From Leptolyngbya sp. FACHB-321 (GTDB lineage: Bacteria; Cyanobacteriota; Cyanobacteriia; Leptolyngbyales; Leptolyngbyaceae), in assembly GCF_014695975.1 (NCBI RefSeq), contig NZ_JACJPI010000082.1, forward strand, positions 56,568-88,567: DNA of 32,000 nucleotides. The letters are read 5' to 3'. The notes under the pieces were generated by a model, which made no database searches, had not been told where the DNA came from, and saw only the letters and a list, made by a program, of their open reading frames with translations. A program made the position numbers and the translations under genes. Shown here piece by piece: positions 13,854 to 22,308 of the stretch. Positions within the stretch are counted from its first letter, which is position 1; every line of letters starts with the position of its first letter.

Positions 13854-16427
13854 GTGGATGAATTGGCGCGACTGCATGAGCTTTTGCAAGCGTCTGAAGG
13901 AGCCGTGATTTCAGCCGTGGCCGGCATGGGTGGCCTAGGTAAGACGCAGCTGGCGGTGCAGTATGCAAAGCGAAACCAGGCGAGCTATCCGGGGGGTATC
14001 GCTTGGTTCAATGGCCGCACTGGAGATCTGGCGACTCAGCTCGTCTTGAAAGCAGAATTTGCTCTACATTTACCAGGCTTACAGGCAGCGAAAGAGCGCA
14101 TCACGGAAGCGGAAGCGCTAGCGCAGTGGTGTTGGCAGCATTGGCAGCCTGATGGCCTGACGCTGATCGTGCTCGATGATGTGATGCACTGGGCGGAGTG
14201 CCGCTCGTTCCTCCCGAAAGCCGATCGCTTTCGAGTGTTGGTGACGACGCGCTTGCAAGCTCTCTTACCCAATTTTCCCACTATCACGCTAGAGGTGCTG
14301 CATCCCAACGAGGCGCGATCGCTGCTGGCCTCTTTAGAGAAATTTGGACGCGTTGCCCAAGACCCTGGGCTTGCCGATCAGCTATGTGCGGGGTTGGGCT
14401 ATTTGCCGCTGGGAATCGAGTTGGTCGGCTGCTATCTGGCGAGTGATCGCTATAAAACGCTCTCTCAAGTGTGGGCTGCATTGCAGGCCAATGGGATGCA
14501 AGATTCGGCGCTGGAACGATCGCCTGACTATGAAATGACAGCCGAGCGAGGCGTCAAGGCGGCGTTTGCTTTGACCTGGGAAACGCTGTCAGCAGAGGCG
14601 CGACGAGTGGCACGCTTGCTGAGTTATTTTGCGCTCGATTGGATTGCGTGGGACTGGGCGGAATGGATAATGCAGTGCGTAGAGGGAGAGACGTATCAGT
14701 TGGGGGCACTGAAGGCACAGTTAGAGAACGCCTCACTGGTGCAGATTGAATGGGAGCGGTTGGGCTGGTGTCGTCTGCATCCCCTCGTGCAGCAGTTTTT
14801 GCGGGATGAAGAAAGAATCGACGTTGAGACGACAGGAGATGATGCTTTACGAGCGGCGTTTGTGGCAGAGATGATCGAGATCGCGAGTCAGCTGCCAGAT
14901 AACCCAACGACAAAGGAGCTTGAAGGGTTCGGAGTGGTGCGATCCCATGTCCAAGAAGTCGCCAAGCGCTTTCTTTGGCCTCAAGCCGATGCTGACTTCG
15001 ATTGGATCTACAACGGACTTGCCCGCTTTTATCAAGGACAAGCCCTATTTAAGGAGGCAGAAGCTCAGTATGCAGAGTGTTTGGCGCTAACGCAACAACT
15101 GTTTCAGGGCGACCACCCCACTGTGGCACGCAGTTTCAACAACTTGGCAGGACTCTACGACTCACAAGGACGGCTGAGTGAAGCCGAACCCTTGTATGTG
15201 CAAGCCTTAGCGATGACGAAACGGCTGTTTGAGAGCGACCACCCTGATTTAGCACGCAGTCTTAACAACTTGGCCTACCTCTACAACGCACAAGGACGGC
15301 CGAGTGAAGCCGAACCCTTGTATGTGCAAGCCTTAGCGATGACGAAACGGCTGTTTCAGGACGACCACCCCACTGTGGCAACTAGTTTCAACAACCTGGC
15401 ATTGCTCTACAAGGCACAGGGACGGCTAAGTGAGGCCGAACCCTTGTCTGTGCAAGCCTTGGCGATGATGCAACGGCTGTTTCAGGGCGACCACCCTGAT
15501 GTGGCAACCAATCTCAACAACTTGGCAGGAGTCTACAAAGCACAGGGACGGCTAAGTGAGACCGAACCCTTGTCTATGCAAGCCTTGGCAATGAGGCAAC
15601 GACTGTTTCAGGGCGACCACCCCGATGTGGCAATCGGTCTCAACAACTTGGCATCTCTCTACTATTCACAAGGACGGCTGAGTGAAGCCGAACCCTTGTA
15701 TGTGCAAGCCTTGGCGATGACGAAACGGCTGTTTCAAGGCGACCACCCCGATGTGGCAACCAATCTCAACAACTTGGCCTATCTCTATAAGGCACAAGGA
15801 CGGCTGAGTGAAGCCGAACCCTTGTATGTGCAAGCCTTGGCGATGACGAAACGGCTGTTTCAAGGCGACCACCCTGATTTAGCACGCAGTCTCAACAACT
15901 TGGCAGGAGTCTACAACGCACAAGGACAGCTGAGTGAAGCCGAACCCTTGTATGTGCAAGCCTTGGCGATGACGAAACGGCTGTTTCAGGGCGACCACCC
16001 CACTGTGGCAACCAATCTCCACAACTTGGCAGCGCTCTACAACGCACAAGGACGGCTGAGTGAAGCCGAACCCTTGTATGTGCAAGCCTTGGCGATGACG
16101 AAACGGCTGTTTCAAGGCGACCACCCCACTGTGGCAACCAATCTCCACAACTTGGCAGCGCTCTACGGCGCACGAGGACGGCTGAGTGAAGCTGAACCCT
16201 TGTATGCACAGGCTTTGGCGATGTTTGAGAGAACATCAGGCAGCCATCATCCCAACACTCAAATGGTGCGAAAAAATCTAGAGACTACCCGTCAGCAGAT
16301 GGGGCTGCCCATCCGCAGCCTTCACGAGACCAAGCTACCCACCCACGCCAATTCATCGCTCTTTCAAATCGTGCAAGCAATTCGCCGCTTCATTCGCTCC
16401 CTTCTGCGCCGCTTAGGATGGCTTTAG
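13854..16427 (+). CDS. NB-ARC-type STAND NTPase with 9-10 TPR repeats (module 3). Listed from GTG 13854, but the conserved leader extends in frame back to 13770
   Basis: P-loop AVAGMGGLGKTQLA; LTLIVLDDV; RVLVTTR; GYLPLGIELVG (GLPLA-like). Nine 42-aa TPR units follow (LFQGDHP.VA..LNNLA.LY.AQGRLSEAEPLYVQALAMTKR). Upstream in-frame codons 13770-13853 encode LPSSASGSDQVTPFYDIPYRSSANFVGR with no ATG/GTG/TTG. Confidence 0.9.
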   Translation: MDELARLHELLQASEGAVISAVAGMGGLGKTQLAVQYAKRNQASYPGGIAWFNGRTGDLATQLVLKAEFALHLPGLQAAKERITEAEALAQWCWQHWQPDGLTLIVLDDVMHWAECRSFLPKADRFRVLVTTRLQALLPNFPTITLEVLHPNEARSLLASLEKFGRVAQDPGLADQLCAGLGYLPLGIELVGCYLASDRYKTLSQVWAALQANGMQDSALERSPDYEMTAERGVKAAFALTWETLSAEARRVARLLSYFALDWIAWDWAEWIMQCVEGETYQLGALKAQLENASLVQIEWERLGWCRLHPLVQQFLRDEERIDVETTGDDALRAAFVAEMIEIASQLPDNPTTKELEGFGVVRSHVQEVAKRFLWPQADADFDWIYNGLARFYQGQALFKEAEAQYAECLALTQQLFQGDHPTVARSFNNLAGLYDSQGRLSEAEPLYVQALAMTKRLFESDHPDLARSLNNLAYLYNAQGRPSEAEPLYVQALAMTKRLFQDDHPTVATSFNNLALLYKAQGRLSEAEPLSVQALAMMQRLFQGDHPDVATNLNNLAGVYKAQGRLSETEPLSMQALAMRQRLFQGDHPDVAIGLNNLASLYYSQGRLSEAEPLYVQALAMTKRLFQGDHPDVATNLNNLAYLYKAQGRLSEAEPLYVQALAMTKRLFQGDHPDLARSLNNLAGVYNAQGQLSEAEPLYVQALAMTKRLFQGDHPTVATNLHNLAALYNAQGRLSEAEPLYVQALAMTKRLFQGDHPTVATNLHNLAALYGARGRLSEAEPLYAQALAMFERTSGSHHPNTQMVRKNLETTRQQMGLPIRSLHETKLPTHANSSLFQIVQAIRRFIRSLLRRLGWL
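15099..16232 (+). repeat. 9 tandem 126-bp coding repeats (TPR units)
   Basis: Unit starts fall at 15099 + n*126. Long stretches are identical between units (e.g. ...ggacggctgagtgaagccgaacccttgtatgtgcaagccttggcgatgacgaaacggctgtttca...). Confidence 0.9.
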
Positions 16428-16440
16428 GGCTGCGCTGATC

Positions 16441-16520
16441 ATACGATCAAAAAAGTGCAAGACGAGCTGAAAAGCCTGATTCAAATTGAGTTTGAGAGAA
16501 GCGATCAAAGCGAGGCTTAG
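16441..16520 (+). repeat. about 80-bp repeat, copy B (decayed)
   Basis: atacgatcaaaaaagtgcaagacgagctgaaaagcctgattcaaattgagtttgagagaagcgatcaaagcgaggcttag begins 14 nt after the NB-ARC-TPR stop. It has TAG where copy A reads CAG. Confidence 0.7.
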
Positions 16521-16935
16521 AATCAAGACTTTTGCAGGGTGAGCAACTAAACACAAAGAAAGTGAGCCTTAGCAGAAATGATTGCATTGACTTCATTTTG
16601 ATGAAACGGCTCACTTTTACACGCATCATTGCTATGAACTTGACAAGCGTATGAGGGTATCCATTTAGACTCAGTATTTGCTAGTTGATAGAGCGGCTGC
16701 TTTTACCCCTTCCACTTCAGAATAGGCGTTCAGAGCAGTTTTAGAACAATCTAATCGCTTGGAAAGTCTGGTATAAAAGTGTTACAACGTTTCAAGCTTT
16801 ACCAAAACTATTGTTCTATTATTTTAGAACAACTAATAGAATGTCTTAGTTAAATAAAGTGGCTAGAAGCCTTTATTAGCAAGCATTAAAAAGTCATATT
16901 TTTCGCAATCTTATCAATTACATAGCTCAAGGAGT

Positions 16936-18901
16936 TCACTTTGTCGTAGGAAGTAGGCTCTGCACCATCTCTCTGGTCTGATCATCTAAGAAGGCAATGT
17001 ACAAGCGTTTAGTCGCCCTAGTCATGAGAATGCGGTAGACATTGAGTAAGAACGGCACGATCGCCACATCATCGAGCTGAGAAAGTTGAGGATCAACATT
17101 GTCATAGTGAGGGTAGCCACCACGCTGGCCGGGTCTTGTCTGCGTGCGTAGTGGGTTGCCGACCCAACGCGCTTCACGCCAGAGAAGGTCACGTGACCAA
17201 AGTAAGCAGACGGTTGGCAGATCAAAACCTTGGGCCGTGTAGACAGAGCCAAAACTTTGTGCGCCCGAAGGGGCTGTAGCCCAAAACTCGCCTCTGGCAA
17301 GGCCCTTGGCCAGACGCCCAGGTTTTCCTTTCTTCGGCGCTTCCCAGGGATAGGCAATGACGTCTGGAATGATCACCTCGTCGACCAGAGAACCATCTGC
17401 GTGGGGTTTTTGGGCCCAGTCCCAACACCATCCTGTCAGCAGCCGCGACTGATTGGGGAACTGTGCCTCCCAGTCTTCGTGGATTTTTACCAAGTCAGCC
17501 GGGCTAGCAACCACCTCACACTCGAAGGCTCCTACATCGCCAAGTGGCTGCAGAGTCGGCTGGGGTGAAGCAAAGAGCTCATCAACCCAGTGCAGAAATT
17601 CGAGTGAGCCTGCGAGTCGGTGCTGCGCTTCTAATTGGTAATGGCATACCGTAGCGTGCTCTTGAGCAGCAGCTGTCTGAATGTCAGCAATCTGGTTGGC
17701 CTCTTTCGGTTGAATAATCTGCCTCTCGTCGATGAAAAAGATACTGACTTTGGCAGCTCTAATAATTTCGCGCACGATGGGCAGTGACGCATCTAGCGCC
17801 GCACGTGTCTTGTACTGTCGTTGACCAGAGGCCCAATCAATGGCAGCGATGCCATCCATTCTGTGAGCTTCATCGATCAAAACGACGTCACAGGCATTTT
17901 GAGGTCGATATCTAAAGCGATCAGTGTAGGAAATAAGAGGCTGAAGATGATTGCCCAACTCCTTTTGCACAGACGTCTTCATTGCAGCTGACTTGACGAC
18001 ATAGGTTGGACGTCGATTCTCTTCAAGGATTGCAGCCAAAGACTGCAGCGCAATGGCCGTCTTCCCCGATCCAGGTCCGCCTGAAACAACGATCACGGCT
18101 TTTGCTTAGTCTCTGACCGCACTGATGAGTGCGCGACGGATGCCATCGTAGACGAGGTACTGCTCGGGAATCAGTGGGAACTTGTCACGACCGTTGATGA
18201 CGGCCACTGCAAATTCGATAAATTGCCTGCTGGGTCGGATTGCACTGGAGACAAAACGGTCGTAAACCACTTGTCCATCGCCTCGTTTGAGCTCTCGGCT
18301 CAGTGTGCGCGCATAGCTCGATTTCAGGTGCGCCAATGGTCGGCGCTCTCTCCTGTAGCGACGAGTATTGGCCGCCTCGCAGGCTACTGATCGCAGGCTC
18401 AGGCAGACTAAACAGGACAGCGTAGGCACTACAGCTGAGAGCAGCGCGGTGATGACTGTGGCAAGACTCAACCCAATAACGCAAACGCTCCACAAAGAGA
18501 GCGGCTTGCAAGGATGGGTGAAGAATCTCGGTAATCCTAGAGCCATAGACATTGGCACGAACAAAGTCGGGTGAGTCTTCGACAACCTCAAAACTGCTCC
18601 ACTGCTTTAACTCTAGAACGATGAGGCGTTGTGTGCCAGCAGCATCAACGCCAAAGAGGACAACATCCGCGCGGCAGCGCGCGATTGGTTCAAGCAATTC
18701 TAAGACAATCATGGCCTCTGGATGGACATGCTTGACCAAACGCGCTATGTGCGGTGCGTTGGCACTCCAAGAGTATTGTTCCGACTTGCCAAACCCAAAC
18801 CCGGCCGTGCGCGCGCCCTCTTCCATCAAACGCTGCAAGCTGCCAGTCCTGACATCATTCAGAAAGGTGCTTACGGTCGCTGCATAAGCGCACTTGGTCA
18901 T
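16936..18901 (-). pseudogene. DUF2075-type (nuclease-like N-domain + P-loop helicase-like) gene, disrupted by a frameshift and an in-frame stop
   Basis: The N-terminal part (frame of 18185-18901) reads …RADVVLFGVD…LIVLELKQWS…HPSLQA…. Homology then continues in another frame (…RGDGQVVYDRFVSSAIRPSRQF…FPLIPEQYLVYD…) after a shift near 18310-18340. That frame reads …AVRD-TAA(18106-18108)-AKAV-IVVSGGPGSGKTAIAL…, straight into ORF 16936-18096 (…VVLIDEAHR…). A sequencing error cannot be excluded. Confidence 0.65.
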
Positions 18902-19111
18902 GGTCTTGCCTCAAGCAGTGAGTGTTTGACTGGGTTGGTTCTGTTTAAACAGTGCCCAGTCAGCAGAGAAACTCTCAAGGTTTTCATCAAGAGGGCGATC
19001 CTGCCGCAATCAGACCAGAAACAATGCCTTGATCTTCGTAGAGGATGTTAGACCGAAACCCTACTTTGAACAGCACTTTACTTTGAAATCTGGCGTTCCC
19101 ATAGCCAGCCA

Positions 19112-21655
19112 GTGCCCGTTGCCTGTTGGCCCAACTGGGTGCAGGGGCATCCTAACTGGAAGCCCAGTGGCCTAGAGGAGCATCATCACTTGGATTTTAT
19201 TGTCATTGACACAGAGGGCAGCCCCGCACTGCGTGAGCTGGCCGTGCTCGACAGCCAAGGGCAACTCCTCTACGAAGCCTTTGTAGCAGAGCATCCAGCC
19301 CATGCTAATAGCTACCGTCCCCTGAAACCGCTGCGAGCGATTGTGCAAGACATCACTCGTCTAGCACGGAACAAGTCGGTCGTCTGCCATTACGCCCAGC
19401 ATGATCTAGACGTGCTGCAGGGCAGTTTTCGCCAAGCTAATATGCCTTGGATCAGATTCAAGACTCTCTGTACCTGGGAACTGGCCAAGCAACACTTGCC
19501 GCCCTTTGAGAGTTACTCGTTAGCACACCTCAGCCAGTGTCTGCAGCTACAAGTCAACGGCAGGCGCTTCAACGCCGAGCAAGCGCATACCGCCCACTAC
19601 GATGCGGCCTTTACCCATCAGCTTTACTTAACCATCCTGGAGCACCAACAAAGGAGAGCCTTGCCCACGCCATCACCACACACACCCAATCCCTACAGCA
19701 GCAGCCGGGTGGATAACCCCTTTCAAGACCACCTGGACCTGCAGGCGGTGTATCAAGCTGAATTTGCCCTCCTGAAAGCAGCCTTAGGTGATGTCAAGGC
19801 TGACCCCAATCAGCAAAGCAAAGGCGCGGTCATACTGGGAGCTGCTGGCTCCGGTAAAACCCACCTGATCATGCGTCTGGCTAAAGAGCTGCTCCGCACT
19901 AATCGCCTGTTGTTTATCCGCCAACCCAACAATGCAACGGCGGTACTGCACCACACCTACTCACGCATCTTAGAGTCATTAGCGGAGCCCGTGGCCGGTA
20001 GTGATCGCACTCAATTGGAACTGCTCCTAGCCAACAGCTTCGTCAACATTCTCAGTTCACTGGAGCAAGTGACGGGGACACAGAAAGGGCGGGAAATTCT
20101 GGCCGCGTTTCAGGAGAATAGCTTGCAGCTTTACAGCCGCTCTGGCACGGAAGAGACGCAACGGCATCGGGCCCGGTGGGAGTATATTGAACGCCATATT
20201 ACGGAGTGGTGGGGTCGACATTACACCGCCGCTGGCGATGCCGTCACCATCCTCAGGGGCATCATCAAGTTTTGCAGCTACAGCGACCCCCACAAAAAAG
20301 ACCTGGTACGGCGCTGGCTCGCCGCTTCAGAACTGGAGACGGCGGAAGCAGAGAGTATTGGGTTAGAGAACTGGCAAGAGGACATGAGCCGGGAAGAGTT
20401 TGCTCTGGCTGCCATCACCGTCTTTGGTCGCTTATCCACCCTCGATGAACCACTCATCATCGTGTTCGATCAGCTCGAGAGCTTGGGACTGCCACACAAC
20501 ACCCTGATCCTGGAGAGCTTTGGTGCAGCCGTGAAAGAGTTGTTGACCCATGTGCCCCACAGCCTCATCATCCTGAACCTGTTTCCAGAGCGGTGGGAGC
20601 AGTTCCAAAGCTGCTTTGATGGCTCGGTCGTCGATCGCGTGTCCGATTACATTGTCCCGCTGGAGCGTCCCAGTGCCGCCCAGCTCGAAGCACTGCTCAG
20701 CTTGAGAGCCCAAGCGGTAGGACTGGAGTGGCAGACCCTCTTCACGCCCTCGGCACGCGCCAGCATCCTGAGTCAGCCCTCCATCCGCGCGGTGCTGAAG
20801 CAGGCTGGTGCTTACTTCCACGCGCGCGTCCACAACACCCCGCTACCCCGACCGACGGACGCAGCCACACCGCTGGCCGAGCGCTCGGTGACGGCACGCC
20901 TGCACCAACTGGAGCAAGTCATGGCTCAGATGGTGAGTCTCCTGCAGCCCTACTGGAGCAGCCTATCGCCAAGCGACCTACCGTCTAGCCGTGCAGAGGT
21001 GGCACCCCTCGGTCTGAGCCCGCCGGACGCCGAGTCCTTACCACCTGACCTAGACACTACCAGCGCCCCAGTGTCAGTCGCAGCTGTAGTCGCGGACTAT
21101 TTGAGCCAAAAGCGGCTGGCACTCGCGGCAGACTACACGCGACCCACGATCATTCAGGATGCCAATGAAATTGGTAAACTAGCGGCGATCGCTGCGGCGT
21201 TTCAGTTACATCAAGCCTTAGAGTTCGAGCCCTTGCGTGTCGGCAGAAGCAAGCTACCCGAGCACTTACGGATTCGAACCGCGCAACAGGAGTTTGTCAT
21301 TGGCTTCCTGAACGCCAGTGGTACGACTTTCACAGCGAGAATCAAAAATTTTAACCAGCTTGTGGCGCTGCATCCAGAGATAAAGTTTACCTTGCTCCGG
21401 GATGGGCGCGAACCCAAGCTTACGGGTGCTGTCGGTTTGGCAGAGATTGAAAAGCTGCAGCATAGTCCAAACGGTCAGTTTCAGGTGATGACACCAGACG
21501 ACCGCATCAGTTTTGAACTCATCTACAACTGTATTATCGATATTCAAGAACAGGACTTAGAGGTGGCGCTCGCGCTGGCGCTGCCGCTCCTGCTAGACTC
21601 CTTGAGTGACTACTGGCTCATGGCGGCCTTGCGTGGTCAGCCCTTGCACGCGTGA
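19112..21655 (+). CDS. DEDDh (DnaQ-like) 3'-5' exonuclease fused to a P-loop NTPase and a large uncharacterised C-terminal region
   Basis: ExoI DFIVIDTEG; ExoII VVCHYAQHDLDVL; ExoIII AHTAHYDAAF (H-x4-D). Walker A GAAGSGKT (19838-19861); a Walker B-like LIIVFDQLE lies about 200 aa later. About 390 aa follow with no motif I recognise. The start is uncertain (GTG 19112 or TTG 19190). Confidence 0.85.
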   Translation: MPVACWPNWVQGHPNWKPSGLEEHHHLDFIVIDTEGSPALRELAVLDSQGQLLYEAFVAEHPAHANSYRPLKPLRAIVQDITRLARNKSVVCHYAQHDLDVLQGSFRQANMPWIRFKTLCTWELAKQHLPPFESYSLAHLSQCLQLQVNGRRFNAEQAHTAHYDAAFTHQLYLTILEHQQRRALPTPSPHTPNPYSSSRVDNPFQDHLDLQAVYQAEFALLKAALGDVKADPNQQSKGAVILGAAGSGKTHLIMRLAKELLRTNRLLFIRQPNNATAVLHHTYSRILESLAEPVAGSDRTQLELLLANSFVNILSSLEQVTGTQKGREILAAFQENSLQLYSRSGTEETQRHRARWEYIERHITEWWGRHYTAAGDAVTILRGIIKFCSYSDPHKKDLVRRWLAASELETAEAESIGLENWQEDMSREEFALAAITVFGRLSTLDEPLIIVFDQLESLGLPHNTLILESFGAAVKELLTHVPHSLIILNLFPERWEQFQSCFDGSVVDRVSDYIVPLERPSAAQLEALLSLRAQAVGLEWQTLFTPSARASILSQPSIRAVLKQAGAYFHARVHNTPLPRPTDAATPLAERSVTARLHQLEQVMAQMVSLLQPYWSSLSPSDLPSSRAEVAPLGLSPPDAESLPPDLDTTSAPVSVAAVVADYLSQKRLALAADYTRPTIIQDANEIGKLAAIAAAFQLHQALEFEPLRVGRSKLPEHLRIRTAQQEFVIGFLNASGTTFTARIKNFNQLVALHPEIKFTLLRDGREPKLTGAVGLAEIEKLQHSPNGQFQVMTPDDRISFELIYNCIIDIQEQDLEVALALALPLLLDSLSDYWLMAALRGQPLHA

Positions 21656-21891
21656 ATACACACCGGCGGTCTACACTCTTGAGCACTACCCGCTCGGCAG
21701 CAACCTGTCAAACTACAACCGCTATAGCCTTGTTTGACCCTGGTCTGGTAGTGGCGCTCCCGCTTGCTGACTTAAGCCACCCAGCCTCAAGTAAGGTACC
21801 GGCGGCAGGGTAAGCCCAGCACTTGACTGGCTGATGTGCCCGCCGGTGTGTTAGCCGCTAGAATTTGTGTACTACTGACACACACGCGACC

Positions 21892-22308
21892 ATGCGCTTT
21901 CAGGACTTACAACAGCAACACCAACAGCTGACCGCTGCGATTGTGCAGCTGCAGTCTGTTAGCGAGTCGAGTGCATCCTTGTCACCCGCCGCGTCTGACT
22001 ACACCCCAGCGGCGATCGCCCATGGTCAACAGCTCCAAGCCTTAGAGCAAGAGCGGCAGCAGGTTGCTGCGGCTTTAGTGCACATCACCACTTTGGCCCG
22101 GCAGCATGGGCTCCTCCTACCGCCACAGAAGTCCCATGACTGTGCGGTGCAGCACTCCAGCGACTCGAATGAGTGGTACACCCTCCCTTACTGGGTAGAC
22201 CAAGCCCGCGAGTTAATGGGCGGGATTGACCTTGACCCTGCCTCGAGTGTCGAAGCCCAGTCCTGGATTCAAGCTCAAACCTATTACACGCCAGCTGTTG
22301 TACATTAA
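21892..22308 (+). pseudogene. 5' fragment of a phage-type DNA N6-adenine methyltransferase gene, truncated by the transposon end
   Basis: …SNEWYTLPYWVDQARELMGGIDLDPASSVEAQSWIQAQTYYT (22165-22290) matches the N-terminal signature of Dam-type phage methyltransferases as I recall it (EWYTP…G.IDLDPAS…YYT). The NPPY catalytic part is missing. The ORF runs into TGTACA at 22299 and stops at 22306-22308. Confidence 0.5.

Noticed and set aside
7605-16232. Could the regular tandem repeats be CRISPR arrays?
   Set aside because: The units are 123 and 126 bp, contiguous with no unique spacers, and sit in frame inside long protein-coding genes.
15666-16236. Minus-strand ORFs (68-114 aa) inside the TPR array
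   Set aside because: They are antisense repeat artefacts that stay open only because of repeat periodicity.
16447-16629. A 60-aa minus-strand ORF in the AT-rich spacer
   Set aside because: It has no RBS or motifs, and AT-rich intergenic character. It overlaps the decayed 80-bp repeat copy read on the other strand.
20057-21547. Several 60-133-aa ORFs in other frames or strands inside the exonuclease-NTPase gene
   Set aside because: They are embedded in a long ORF with clear catalytic motifs and are typical GC-rich shadow ORFs.
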